From the IMG/VR virus record IMGVR_UViG_3300025006_000006, positions 1 to 42,857 of that record: 42,857 nucleotides of DNA, one strand, 5' to 3'. The number at the start of each line of letters is the position of its first letter. Position 1 is the stretch's first letter. Shown in pieces: positions 1-9,588 of the stretch. The position numbers were made by a program, and so were the translations under genes. This DNA comes from a virus. Below the pieces are notes generated by a model that saw only the letters and a list, made by a program, of their open reading frames with translations, was not told the origin of the DNA and did no database searches.

Positions 1-127
1 CACCGCTACCTGTTGACCCAGCTTCACCGCGATCCGGCGATTGTTGTACACCGCCGAGTCCGACGCCGCGCCCGTGCCCGTGCGCTTCGCCGACTGTGTC
101 GCCGCGTCATAGGCCCAGCCGCCTTCG
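1..127. repeat. Terminal direct repeat copy 1, identical to 42731-42857 (circular-closure overlap)
   Basis: Compared base by base. Both copies begin caccgctacctgttgaccca and end aggcccagccgccttcg. The repeat lies inside one continuous minus-strand reading frame. Confidence 0.95.
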
Positions 128-846
128 TAAGTCCAGCCCGCCGCGCCATCGGCGAACTGCGGGTTGATGACGTTCGGCGTGTTCGCGTTGGCGGTGTTCG
201 CCGTGCCTTGCGCCGCGTCGGCTTTGGCCTTGGCCAGCGCATAAATCTTGTTCAGCAGCGCCTGCCGCGTCGTATAGACGGCCGTCCAGTTGCTGTCCCA
301 GTCGGCGCGCACGAGCGCTGTGGTGCCGGTGACGTTGGTCCAGTTGTAGCCGGCGTCGAGCACGAAGACGTTGTTCTTGAGGTACGTCTTGAGCGCGCTG
401 ACTGCGCTGTCGTAGGCGGTTTTTTCTGTGGTGATCGCGTACGCCGACGCCTGCGCGGCGATGCCGGCTTGCTCGCCGGTGAGGGTCAGGTAGTCCTGCT
501 TCGACAGCACCTTCTCCTGCGCCGTCAGCTTGCCGTCGCTGGCGATGTCGGTGAGCTGGTTGAGCGCGCTGGTGGCGTCGGCTTGGGCGTCACTGGCCGC
601 CGTCGACAGGTCGCTCAGCGTGATGTTGCCAGCCGCCACGTCCGGCACCACGGCGGTGTGAAGCACCCAGGCGGAGGGTGCGCCACACGCGGAAATGTCG
701 CGCACTTCCACGTCGTAGGTCTTGGCGCGGTCCAGGCCCTCAAGCCGCAGTTCGGCGACCGGCGAGCAGGTGGCGATGTCGCTCCACGCGTCGGTGCCGG
801 TGACGCGCCAGCGCACTTCGCGACGGATGGCGGAGGAGTAGGCCAT
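1..846 (-). CDS. N-terminal 282 codons of a 1,026-aa tail fibre / distal host-specificity protein; the ORF continues across the circular junction into 42730->40496
   Basis: The ATG at 846-844 overlaps the stop of the upstream J-like gene (ATGA). I checked every triplet of 1-846 in this frame and found no stop. The frame is continuous with ORF 40496-42781 once 1-127 is overlaid on 42731-42857. It starts MAYSSAIRREVRWRVTGTDAWSD (FN3-like), then DIASDGKLTAQEKVLSKQDY. Confidence 0.8.
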   Translation of the reverse strand, partial: MAYSSAIRREVRWRVTGTDAWSDIATCSPVAELRLEGLDRAKTYDVEVRDISACGAPSAWVLHTAVVPDVAAGNITLSDLSTAASDAQADATSALNQLTDIASDGKLTAQEKVLSKQDYLTLTGEQAGIAAQASAYAITTEKTAYDSAVSALKTYLKNNVFVLDAGYNWTNVTGTTALVRADWDSNWTAVYTTRQALLNKIYALAKAKADAAQGTANTANANTPNVINPQFADGAAGWTYEGGWAYDAATQSAKRTGTGAASDSAVYNNRRIAVKLGQQVAV

Positions 847-3299
847 CAGGCGAGTACCTCGCGGACACCGTGGCGGTTGTAGACAGGCAGGCGATGGATG
901 CCGGGCTTTGGCGTGCCCGATACGCCGGTCACGGCATGGATTACCCCGGCATCGTCCGGGCCGCTGTCGCTGATGCGGATGGTGACCTCCGGTGGTGGTG
1001 GCGCGCTGCACCAGGGCGTGCCGGTGATCGCGCTGACAAAGGTCGGCGGCGTGCCGGTACCGGCGGCGGGCACGTCGGGCGCTTCATCCACCGCCGTGAT
1101 CCGCGCCGACAGATCCTGCTGCGGCTCGATGCGTTGCACGATCAGCCGTTGCGTGACCAGCGTGCGCTCGCCGACCACCACCAGGTCGCCCACATGCACG
1201 CCGGCGGGCAGCGCGCTGGCAAAGGCGAAGGTGGCCACGTCGCCTGCGCCGGTGGTGCTGGTGTTGACCACGGCCTGCACGCCGTCGTCGCTGCGCACTT
1301 GCACGGCGTAGAGCGTGCTGGCCTGCAGGGTGATGGCGCCGTCCAGCGTGATGCTCTTGCGGTCGCCGGCAATGCTCTTGATGCGGGCGGATCCCGCGCC
1401 CCACTCCACCACGTCGTTGGCCGCGGTCACCAGCTGCCCGCGCTGGCACACCAGGTGCTCCATGTCGGCGGTGAGGGTGTAGGTGTTCGCGCGCTGCTCG
1501 CTGGCTTTCAGGTGGTAGGCGCCCAGGCGCCACACCGCCACCGGGTCGGTGCACATGCGCAGGTCCATGACCTCGTAGCGGGTGGCCTTGGTGGTGCCGC
1601 CGGCGCCGTCGGCGCTGTAGCCGTCGGCGTAGACGATCAGCTCGTCCTGCTGGTTGTTGGCCTGCGGGTTGATGAACTGGCAGCGCAGGGCATGCGGCGG
1701 GTCGAAGAACACGCGTTGGCCGCTGAAATCCCAACTGTTGCGCGGGGTGAACATTTGCACCGGCGTGGTCTGCGCCACGTCGCGCACGCAGCCGTATTTG
1801 CCGTTGGGCATGCCGAAGGTGGCGCGGCCGCTGGCCAGCACGTCGCGCAGCAATTCCAGCTGCGTGCGACCGGATTCCTCCATGGCGTTGTAGACGTAGC
1901 CCATGGCCTCGCAGTCGGCGGCCCAGTCGACAATCTCGTCGATGGCCACGCGCGACTCCGGCACCAGGCGCGCCACCAGCTGCGGCGGTGCGGCGGTGAG
2001 CAGCCAGTGATACACCCAGGCGTTGTTGCTGGTGGCCACGCCGGTGGTCCAGGTGCCCGTGCCGGGATCGTAGGTGCGGATCAGCTGCGAGGCCAGCACG
2101 CTGACGGTGCTCACCACGGAGTTGAGCTGGTCGGTGGCGCGGATGCGCAGCGCCAGCTTGGTGGTGCCGGTGGTGCTGGGCAAAGCGCCGCTCAGGCTGC
2201 GCAGCACCGTCCAGGTCATGTCCGCATAGGTCTGGACCGTGGTGCCGTCCCAGGTGGTTCCGGCGCGCGTCACGCGCACCTCGTACTGGCCCGCCGCGGG
2301 CAGCGTCCACCGTACGCCAACGCGCACCGTCTTGCGCACGGCGCTGCTCAGGGTGAAGTTGGTGCCATTGCTGGTGATGCCGCCATAGGACATGGACAGG
2401 CCGCTTGCAGCCGCCGCATTCAGCCACGTCGATGAGCCTACCGCGCGGTATTCGATGGTCATGTTGACGTGACCAGCCACGTCGCGGCCCTTGTTGTCGA
2501 CGCCGAACAGGCCGCTGGGGCACTGCAGATCCAGCGACATCTCGGTGCTGTTGCTTTGCCCGGTGCGCGATGCCGTGGCACCGGAGCCGTTGAGGTTCAC
2601 GGCCACCGCCAGCTCATAGATATCGTTGGTGTACAAGGTCGGCGTCTTGGTCACCTCCCACTGCACGCCTTGATAATCCCCGATCGGCGTCTCGCCGATC
2701 TTGATGTCCGATACGGCCAGATCGCCGGGGCCCAGGTCCAGCAGCATGCGCAGGTACTGATCGTTGCCGACGATCTCGGTGTAGGGCAGCGCGGCATGCG
2801 TGGGGAAAAACCGCACTGTGCCGATCACGCAGGGGATCGGGCTGTAGACCGTAGCGCGGTTCTGCGTGCCGGTGAGCGAGTTGAGCGTGTCGAACGGGTC
2901 GCCGGCGCCGGGCAGTTTGGGCATCGGCGGTGGCACCAGCAGGTTCGTGATGGCGAAGCCATACGCGAGGATCTGCGCGGCGCCCTGGTAGTCGCCGGTG
3001 TAGTGCGCATAGACGATGGCGACGATCACCACCACGATCTTGAGCAGCTTGTTGTTGTTGCCGCCACCCATCGGCACCGCGGTCACCACCAGCTGCTGGC
3101 CCGCCTTGGGTTTCACCTTGGCCCACAGCGTGCGCGGCACCAGCTCGCCGCCCAGCTCCACGCGCAGGCTTTGCGAGGCGCCCTGCCCCAGCAGCTCGGC
3201 AATGGTCTGCCCGGCCGGCGCCTCGGCGTACACCGTGTCGGCGAGCGGGTGGGCGCGGCCGGTGACCGTGACCATGCCCCGGGTGATGCGCTCAGTCAT
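846..3299 (-). CDS. Tail tip / host-specificity protein, lambda gpJ-like with a gpI-like N-terminal segment (817 aa)
   Basis: It follows the NlpC/P60 K-like gene. The N-terminus has a small soluble domain plus a hydrophobic stretch, KLLKIVVVIVAIVYAHY, as in tail assembly protein I. The large remainder fits a J-like tip protein. The ATG at 3299 overlaps the upstream stop. Confidence 0.75.
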   Translation of the reverse strand: MTERITRGMVTVTGRAHPLADTVYAEAPAGQTIAELLGQGASQSLRVELGGELVPRTLWAKVKPKAGQQLVVTAVPMGGGNNNKLLKIVVVIVAIVYAHYTGDYQGAAQILAYGFAITNLLVPPPMPKLPGAGDPFDTLNSLTGTQNRATVYSPIPCVIGTVRFFPTHAALPYTEIVGNDQYLRMLLDLGPGDLAVSDIKIGETPIGDYQGVQWEVTKTPTLYTNDIYELAVAVNLNGSGATASRTGQSNSTEMSLDLQCPSGLFGVDNKGRDVAGHVNMTIEYRAVGSSTWLNAAAASGLSMSYGGITSNGTNFTLSSAVRKTVRVGVRWTLPAAGQYEVRVTRAGTTWDGTTVQTYADMTWTVLRSLSGALPSTTGTTKLALRIRATDQLNSVVSTVSVLASQLIRTYDPGTGTWTTGVATSNNAWVYHWLLTAAPPQLVARLVPESRVAIDEIVDWAADCEAMGYVYNAMEESGRTQLELLRDVLASGRATFGMPNGKYGCVRDVAQTTPVQMFTPRNSWDFSGQRVFFDPPHALRCQFINPQANNQQDELIVYADGYSADGAGGTTKATRYEVMDLRMCTDPVAVWRLGAYHLKASEQRANTYTLTADMEHLVCQRGQLVTAANDVVEWGAGSARIKSIAGDRKSITLDGAITLQASTLYAVQVRSDDGVQAVVNTSTTGAGDVATFAFASALPAGVHVGDLVVVGERTLVTQRLIVQRIEPQQDLSARITAVDEAPDVPAAGTGTPPTFVSAITGTPWCSAPPPPEVTIRISDSGPDDAGVIHAVTGVSGTPKPGIHRLPVYNRHGVREVLA

Positions 3300-3696
3300 G
3301 GCGGTAGATGCCCTCGATGCGCCGCGCCCAGCGCGGGCTGTCCAGCCGGTCGATCACCGTGCTGTCGCCCGGCGCGGCATGCAGAAAATGCACGGCATCC
3401 AGCATCAGGGCGCAGTGCCACGGGCGGCGCGCGATCGCCAGCACCAACAGGTCGCCGGCGCGAGCCTGCTCCACGCGTTGCCACCCGTCGCATAGACCCA
3501 TGCGCACGGCATGGCCGATCGCAGCCCAGTCGTCACCATCGCGATAAGTGTCGTCATAGCCCGGCAGCTTCACGTGAAACACTTCGGCCAGCACCAGCCG
3601 CACGATGCCCCAGCAATCAATGCCCGCGCGCGTGCGCCCCTTGTCGAGGTACGGGATGCCCACGTAGGGCGCAGCAAAGGCGGGGATGGCTGGCAT
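3292..3696 (-). CDS. NlpC/P60-family tail protein (lambda gpK-like), 134 aa
   Basis: It has the catalytic Cys context GIDCWGIVRLV and downstream His residues (WHCALMLDAVHFLH). It sits between the L-like and J-like genes. Confidence 0.8.
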   Translation of the reverse strand: MPAIPAFAAPYVGIPYLDKGRTRAGIDCWGIVRLVLAEVFHVKLPGYDDTYRDGDDWAAIGHAVRMGLCDGWQRVEQARAGDLLVLAIARRPWHCALMLDAVHFLHAAPGDSTVIDRLDSPRWARRIEGIYRHD

Positions 3697-4175
3697 CAGA
3701 GAAAGAGCCCCGGCGAGTTCGTGGGCGTGTACGTCATCGCTGGCACCTGCTGATTCAGGATGTCATCCTCGTAGCCCAGCGTGCCGGTGATCGCCAGCAC
3801 GTCGTAGGTGGCGGACTTCAACGCGAAGTCGAACGGACCGGCCTCCACCGTGTCGGGGCTGCTGGCCATGATGACCTCCATGGTCACCTGCGGCACGCCG
3901 GCCAGCAGGCGGATCTGGCGCAGCACCTCGCGGTCGACGTTGTCGATCACGATATCCACCTGCGGCAGCTGGTCGTCGCGCTGCGCCGGCAGGCTCAGTT
4001 GCATGGGGTATGGCTGATAGGTTCCAGCACTGCGCACCACGGCCTGGGTGTTGTTCACCAAGCGCAAGGTGGTGATGTCCGGGTGGGTGATGGTGAGGCA
4101 CACCAGGAACACCTCGCCGGTCTCCTGCGCGAACATCGCACGCATGGCGTTGATGCTGACCTGGCTGGTGTTCAT
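3696..4175 (-). CDS. Minor tail protein (gpL-like / DUF1833-type), 159 aa
   Basis: Its position in the tail-tip module is conserved. Sequence FLVCLTITHPDI...DIVIDNVDREV is typical of this family, recalled from memory. Confidence 0.65.
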   Translation of the reverse strand: MNTSQVSINAMRAMFAQETGEVFLVCLTITHPDITTLRLVNNTQAVVRSAGTYQPYPMQLSLPAQRDDQLPQVDIVIDNVDREVLRQIRLLAGVPQVTMEVIMASSPDTVEAGPFDFALKSATYDVLAITGTLGYEDDILNQQVPAMTYTPTNSPGLFL

Positions 4176-4531
4176 GGCATTTTCTCCAGTTGCAGCGTCA
4201 CCAGCCAGCGGTTGATCGAGCCTTTCTGGAAGCTGCCCTGCGGGCGCTGGATGAAGCGGTAGGTAGCCGGGTCACCAGTGCGGAAGTCGGTCCAGTCAAA
4301 CGGCAGCACGTCGGCCAGCGTGGTCTCGTAGAACGCGATCAGCGCGTCGTATTGCGTCTGCGTGAGCTTGAGCGAGCAGTTGAACGGGGTGGCCACGGCG
4401 GTGAAGCGACGGCGCACCTTGGCCACACCGGACTCGGTGTTGCTGCGGATCGCGTTGCTCACCGCCTGGTAACTGGTGGTGTTGTCTGCCAGCGGCGGCG
4501 GCAGCGTGCTCGGCCACATGGGATTCGCCAT
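4172..4531 (-). CDS. Minor tail protein (gpM-like by position), 119 aa
   Basis: It lies immediately downstream of the tape measure gene and has an ATGA overlap with the next gene. Confidence 0.55.
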   Translation of the reverse strand: MANPMWPSTLPPPLADNTTSYQAVSNAIRSNTESGVAKVRRRFTAVATPFNCSLKLTQTQYDALIAFYETTLADVLPFDWTDFRTGDPATYRFIQRPQGSFQKGSINRWLVTLQLEKMP

Positions 4532-4534
4532 GGC

Positions 4535-7500
4535 TCAGCCTCCCGCCGCGGCGTAGCTGCGCGCCGGCCGGCGCGTGCCGGTGGCGGCGTGGATCGCCTG
4601 GCCCAGCCGGCCGCCGCGCGCCACGTCCTGCGCCGCCGCGTTGATGAAGATGTCGAGGTACTTGCGCCCGTCCGCGCCGTCGCGCTGCTCGGTGCGTGCG
4701 CCGTTGTCGGCGCCGTAGATGTTCACCACCACGCCGCCGGCATCGGTGCCGCCAGCCGCGCCACCGCTGCTGCCACCGATCGGGCCGCCTGCGGCGTAGC
4801 GCGGCAGGCGCTTGGCGCGCACGTCGTCCATGAACCGCTCGCCGTAGTAGTTCACGGCATCGGCGGTCTGCATGTATTCGCCGTTGCTGGCACGGATCAG
4901 CACGCTGTCGCTGGTGCCGGTGCCGGGGCCGCGGATGGGGCCGCCATCGGCGTGGCCGCCGGTGCCGGCCGTGGCGAGGTTGAAGCCACCTTCGCCGGTG
5001 ACCGAGTTGTAGCCGCCGCCGAAGTAACCGTATCCGCCGCTGGCGGCGGCGCCAGCCCCTGGCGCGAACAGGTCGAGCAATGCGGTGGTAGCCTGCGCGA
5101 TCAGCGCTTTCGCCACCATGTGCGCCAGCATGTTTTCAAAATCCTTTTCGAAGCTCTTGAACGTGAGCTTGCCGCCAGCAAGCCAGTCGGCCGCGGCATC
5201 CTCGGCGTCACTGTAGAGCGTGGTGATGCCGCGCTGGGCCTGGCCGGCCTTGTCTTTCGCCTGCGCGGCGTAGTCCTGCCACGCGGCGCGCGCCCCGTTG
5301 ATCCAGTCACCCTGCGCATCGTCCATGCGGCGGAAACCGTCGCGGATGATTTCCACCTTGCGGTCGGTAGCATCCTGCAACGCCTTCACATCGGCATCGT
5401 AGGCTTCCTGCGACAGGCCGCCCTGCTGCCCAGCCGCGCCAGCTTGCCGCTGCAGCGCCAGCTTCTGCAGCTGCTCGGCCTCGTCGCGATAGGCCTTGGT
5501 GATCTGCTGGGTGCGCTGGTATTCCTGCGCGCCCATGCCGATGCGGGCAACCTGGTTGTCGACCGAGTCCTGCAGCGCCGCGTTGGTGCGGTCCAGCGCA
5601 TCGGCGTATTCCTTCTGTCCGGCCAGCTCGCGCTTGCGGTTGTCGTCCAGCGTGCGCTGCAGCGCCTGCTGGCCGCGGTTGAACAGCTCGGCGGCCTTGG
5701 TGGCGTCGCCGCCTTTCTGCAGATAGGTCTCCATCTGCGCCGCCAGCTGGGCGATGCCCTGCTGGTACTGCGTCAGCGCGCTGGTGTCGGCCTGGATGCT
5801 CTTGCGGTCCAGTGCGTCGACTTGGCTGCTGAACGTGTTGTAGGCGGCGGGCTCCTTGCTCTTGGGGCCTTGCGGGCCGGCCAGCTTTTTCAGCGACGCC
5901 TGGTAGGTGTTGTTGGCCGCCTTCACCTGGTTGTCGAACTGCGCCTCGATCAGCGCGCGCTGCTGCGGGTCGACGACACCATAGAGCGCGGAAGCGCGAT
6001 CCATGCGCAGCTTGTCCAGCGTGTTCTTCAGCACCACGTCGGCCGGGGTGCCCGCGGACAGGCGCCGTTGCGCCGCGATGGCCTCGGCGTTCAGAGCCGC
6101 GTCGTTCGACGTTTGCTGCGACGCGAACTGGTCGGTGATGCCCTGCAGCTGCAGCGCCGCCAGCTGCTTGCGCAGCGCCGCCAGCTGCTCACCACCCTGC
6201 GCCTGCACCAGGTTGCCGGCGCGGTCGAGGTGCGGGGTGGTGAGCTTGTCGATCGCGGCCTGCACCTCCTTGATCTGATCGGTGATGCTCTGGGTGCGGC
6301 CCAGGCCCTTCATGGAGTCCCACGCGCCGTTCCACGCCTCGGCCACGGCATGGCCGGCGCGGATCATCCAGCCGGCGTTGTCCTGCACGTCCTGCGCGCG
6401 CTCCTTCATCGCCGCCGCGTCGAGCTGGTTGGCGATGCGCGCCGCCTCGCGCGTGTGGCCCTCGGCTTCCAGCGCGGCGATCTGCGCGTATTGCGCGGCG
6501 GTGAGGAAGTGATATTGCTCGTTGAGCTTGGCGATCGCCTCGGACGGCTTGTCGCCGATCTCGATAATTTTGGCCACCGACTTGTCGATGCTCTCGCCAG
6601 TGACGGTGGACATGTCCACCGCCTGCTGCGCGAGCACATCCAGGCTGGTGCCGAAGCTCTTGCCCGACCCCACCAACTGCTCGATGGCCTTGCGCGCGTC
6701 GCTGTACTTGCCGGTGGCCGCGCCCACCGCCTCGGCCATGTCGTTGACCTGCCCGACGGTGGCGCCAGCGGCGCCGCCGGTGGCGATCAGCGATACGCGC
6801 AGCTGCTCCGTTTCAAAGTAGCCCTTGGCGGCGGCCACGGCAAAGCTGCCCAGCACCGCCACCGCACCACCGATGAGCAGGCCGGCCGCGCTGAACGCAA
6901 GGCCCATCACGCCGGTGTTGGCGCCCAACGTGAGGATGCTCTGACTCAGCCGGCCAAACTGCCCGGTGGCCAGATCCTTGGTGATGTAGCCCAGCTCGCG
7001 CCGCGCGTTGGCGTTGTTGACGCTGAACCCGTGCATGGCGTTGCCGGCGGCGGCGATGCGCTCGCGGCTCTGGTCGATCGCCGCGCTGAACATCTTGTAG
7101 TCGTCGGCGCCGAGCACGCCCTTGGCGCGGAATGCGTCCAGTTTGGCCTGCTGCGCATCAAGCTTTTCCAGCGCGGCGATGGTGGGGTCGATCTGGCCCA
7201 GCAGGCGGCCCAGCTCGGCGCGCTGTTTCTCCAGCCCGGCGGTGTTGGCGGCGGCGGCCGCCGCCTGCTGTTCGGCGCGCACCAGGTCGGTGGCGCCGTG
7301 CATGGCGCGGGTCTGCGCCGCCACCACGCGCTCGTAGCCGGCTGCGGCGCCGGCATTGGTGGCGGTGCTGCGCTGGGTGGCGGCAATGGAGCTTAGCTCG
7401 GCCTGCTGGCGTTCCAGCGAGGCACGCACCATCGCCTTGATGCGTGCGGCGGCTTCGTCGTTCGATTCGCCCAGCGCGGCGGTGGCGCTGGCGTTTTCCC

Positions 7501-7654
7501 GCGATGCCGCCGTGGCGGCATTGGTGGAATCCACCACGCTGCGCTGCGCTTCGTCCAGGTTGGACACACCCTGCGCGGCATCGCCCATCGTGGCCTTGAA
7601 TTGGCCATCGCTGGTTGCCTCAAGCTTCACCCGCAGGATGTTTTCGCTGATCAC
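4535..7654 (-). CDS. Tail tape measure protein, 1,039 aa (GTG start)
   Basis: It is very long and Ala/Gln-rich with coiled-coil character. It has a central hydrophobic block, GVMGLAFSAAGLLIGGAVAVLGSFAVAAA. It sits after the G/G-T chaperones. Confidence 0.9.
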   Translation of the reverse strand: MISENILRVKLEATSDGQFKATMGDAAQGVSNLDEAQRSVVDSTNAATAASRENASATAALGESNDEAAARIKAMVRASLERQQAELSSIAATQRSTATNAGAAAGYERVVAAQTRAMHGATDLVRAEQQAAAAAANTAGLEKQRAELGRLLGQIDPTIAALEKLDAQQAKLDAFRAKGVLGADDYKMFSAAIDQSRERIAAAGNAMHGFSVNNANARRELGYITKDLATGQFGRLSQSILTLGANTGVMGLAFSAAGLLIGGAVAVLGSFAVAAAKGYFETEQLRVSLIATGGAAGATVGQVNDMAEAVGAATGKYSDARKAIEQLVGSGKSFGTSLDVLAQQAVDMSTVTGESIDKSVAKIIEIGDKPSEAIAKLNEQYHFLTAAQYAQIAALEAEGHTREAARIANQLDAAAMKERAQDVQDNAGWMIRAGHAVAEAWNGAWDSMKGLGRTQSITDQIKEVQAAIDKLTTPHLDRAGNLVQAQGGEQLAALRKQLAALQLQGITDQFASQQTSNDAALNAEAIAAQRRLSAGTPADVVLKNTLDKLRMDRASALYGVVDPQQRALIEAQFDNQVKAANNTYQASLKKLAGPQGPKSKEPAAYNTFSSQVDALDRKSIQADTSALTQYQQGIAQLAAQMETYLQKGGDATKAAELFNRGQQALQRTLDDNRKRELAGQKEYADALDRTNAALQDSVDNQVARIGMGAQEYQRTQQITKAYRDEAEQLQKLALQRQAGAAGQQGGLSQEAYDADVKALQDATDRKVEIIRDGFRRMDDAQGDWINGARAAWQDYAAQAKDKAGQAQRGITTLYSDAEDAAADWLAGGKLTFKSFEKDFENMLAHMVAKALIAQATTALLDLFAPGAGAAASGGYGYFGGGYNSVTGEGGFNLATAGTGGHADGGPIRGPGTGTSDSVLIRASNGEYMQTADAVNYYGERFMDDVRAKRLPRYAAGGPIGGSSGGAAGGTDAGGVVVNIYGADNGARTEQRDGADGRKYLDIFINAAAQDVARGGRLGQAIHAATGTRRPARSYAAAGG

Positions 7655-7701
7655 AAGGGGCTCGGTGAATTAGTGAACGATTCCAGCTGCTTTCAGTACA
7701 G

Positions 7702-8582
7702 TTATTCCGGCGGCGAGTCGCCGCGCTTTTCGGCGGCCTGCTCCGCCCACGCCGTCAGCAGGGCATCCTCGATCGTGCGCAGGTCATCCAGCAGATCGGC
7801 GACCTCCATGCCGTGCAGCGCATCGCCGGGTGGCGCCATCGCCTGCCAGCGCGGCAGGTACAGCGCCAGCGTGGCGATGCACGCGCCGTAGTCCAGCCCG
7901 GTGGTGCCGGCAAACCCCACCCGCATCTGCGTGCTGCAGGTGTCCCATGCGCGCAGCGCCGGCAGGCATTCGGGCAGCAGGTGCGGTTTGGGACAGGCAT
8001 CGCAGCCGCCGGTAGCGCGGCAGGTCTTGCAGTAGTCCGGCAGGTTGGTCTCGTCCGGCCATTGCTGCTCCGCGTCCCACAACCGCTCCTCGCTGCCGTC
8101 CGGCAGCTTTACGCCTGGGCGGGCGCCGGCAAGCCAGCGAGCCCAGGCCGTGAGTTTTTTGAGTGTGCCCCGCTGCTGGCGTCCACCAGGCCCTGCAGCA
8201 GCGTGTCGCGCAGTACCTCGCTGCGCAGGAATGCGGATAGCGCGGCGGCGCTGAACGGGATCGGCACACCGTCCTGGTCGGCGATGTCGAACCAGCCGAG
8301 TACGCGATCGGTCAGCAACGCGTCGTCCGCCTGCAGGCGCTGGTCGGTCAGCGTGCGCCGTTTCGCCGCGTTCTCGTCGGTGTCGGTGGCGCCTTCGGCC
8401 GGCATCAGTCCGCGGATCTGGCGCATGAAATCGGTCATGGCGTTGTCGCGTGCGCGCAGCTCCTCGCGCGTCATCACGCGATACACCACCGCAAAGGTCT
8501 GCGCGGCGGTGCTGCCGTCTTCCTGCAGCTGCTCGATGGTGACCGGCCAGCGCACGCGGCCGTCTTGGGCGAATCGAAACAT
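7702..8582 (-). CDS. Tail assembly chaperone G-T-like fusion made by a -1 programmed frameshift at 8160-8154 (about 293 aa)
   Basis: The zero frame reads TCA AAA AAC. After a -1 slip the reading CTC ACG GCC TGG ... runs in the frame of ORF 7702-8082 (..RLWDAEQQWPDETN..) with no intervening stop. Confidence 0.8.
8109..8582 (-). CDS. Tail assembly chaperone (gpG-like), 157 aa
   Basis: It lies between the tail tube and tape measure genes. It contains the slippery heptamer A_AAA_AAC in frame near its 3' end. Confidence 0.8.
   Translation of the reverse strand: MFRFAQDGRVRWPVTIEQLQEDGSTAAQTFAVVYRVMTREELRARDNAMTDFMRQIRGLMPAEGATDTDENAAKRRTLTDQRLQADDALLTDRVLGWFDIADQDGVPIPFSAAALSAFLRSEVLRDTLLQGLVDASSGAHSKNSRPGLAGLPAPAQA
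8114..8147 (-). promoter_or_regulatory. Stem-loop 6 nt downstream of the slippery site (probable frameshift stimulator)
   Basis: On the minus strand, CCTGGGC (8147-8141) pairs with GCCCAGG (8120-8114). The spacer after the heptamer is TCACGG. Confidence 0.5.
8154..8160 (-). promoter_or_regulatory. -1 ribosomal frameshift slippery heptamer A_AAA_AAC
   Basis: The plus strand reads gtttttt at 8154-8160. Codon phase was verified against the stop of ORF 8109-8582. Confidence 0.8.
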
Positions 8583-8591
8583 GGTGGTCCC

Positions 8592-9587
8592 TTATTCGAT
8601 GGTGGCCAGCGGCGACTTGAGCACGGCGGTGACGCCGATCTCGCCGGTGGTGCGGTGGCCGGTGAAGCTGGCCTGCAGGCGCACGCCCTTGGGGCCGGTG
8701 ACCACCGGCGTGGTGGCGGCAAACACCAGCGCCGGCACCGTGATGGTCAGCTGCTCGTTGCCCAGCGTGCCGTCGCCGGTGCCGCGCGTGAGCGTGAGCA
8801 CCAGGCTGCTGTCGGTGTCGGCCAGCGCGGCGTCCAGCAGGTTGCTGTCTTTCAGCAGCGCCTCCACCGTGCCGGTGGGCACCAGCTTGCCCTCGGGCAG
8901 GTCGCCGCGCTTGCCGGCGCCGCCCACGACGTAGGTGTCTTCGTCGAGATTGTTGCTCAGGGTCAGGTCGAACTTGGTCACATCCAGCGCCAGCGAACCG
9001 CCGCCGAACACCAGCGTGGCGGCCAGCGCGCCGAATGCGGCGTGGCCGTTGTCGGTGGGCGAGGCTTCCAGCGGCGTGGCGCTTTTCACGTAGTCGGCAC
9101 CGGCCACGGTAAACGTGGCCTGCACGAAGCCGCTGGGCGACAGCGAGAACTGCGCCTGGCCGATGCGGCAGCCGACGTAGCGCACGTAGCGCGCGGTGGA
9201 GGTGAAGCCCGCGCCCAGGTCTTCCTCCAGCTCGAAGCCGGGCGGCAGCGCATTGGCGCCGCTGGCGGCCACGCTGAAGGTGTGGGTGTAGGGCACCGCG
9301 CTGCCGGTGGTGGTGGGCACGCCCAGCAGGTGCTTCAGCCAGAAGCCGATGGTCTGCGGGGCGGTGTTGACCTGCACCGTACCGCTGACGGTGCGGTTGC
9401 CCGCCACGCTGCGCGTGGCGCCGCGGTAGCCGTCGATGGTCTCGTCGGTGTCGCGCTGCTGGTCGGCCTTCACGTTGTTCTGCACGTACGGCAGGATCAG
9501 CGCATCGGGCGATGCCGGCGTGGTGCCGAAGGTGGCCTCGGTGCAGCCGATCAGGCGAACGTTGGCGCCGCGTACTTGAGTGCCCAT
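8592..9587 (-). CDS. Major tail (tube) protein, 331 aa
   Basis: It lies upstream of the chaperone pair. Size and beta-rich composition fit siphovirus tube proteins. Confidence 0.75.
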   Translation of the reverse strand: MGTQVRGANVRLIGCTEATFGTTPASPDALILPYVQNNVKADQQRDTDETIDGYRGATRSVAGNRTVSGTVQVNTAPQTIGFWLKHLLGVPTTTGSAVPYTHTFSVAASGANALPPGFELEEDLGAGFTSTARYVRYVGCRIGQAQFSLSPSGFVQATFTVAGADYVKSATPLEASPTDNGHAAFGALAATLVFGGGSLALDVTKFDLTLSNNLDEDTYVVGGAGKRGDLPEGKLVPTGTVEALLKDSNLLDAALADTDSSLVLTLTRGTGDGTLGNEQLTITVPALVFAATTPVVTGPKGVRLQASFTGHRTTGEIGVTAVLKSPLATIE

Positions 9588-9588
9588 G

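Noticed and set aside
1-127. The 127-nt terminal repeat interpreted as genuine phage direct terminal repeats or as a duplicated gene fragment.
   Set aside because: The repeat is exactly at the window ends and sits within a single uninterrupted ORF. Its length is typical of an assembler k-mer overlap. This cannot be fully excluded without reads.
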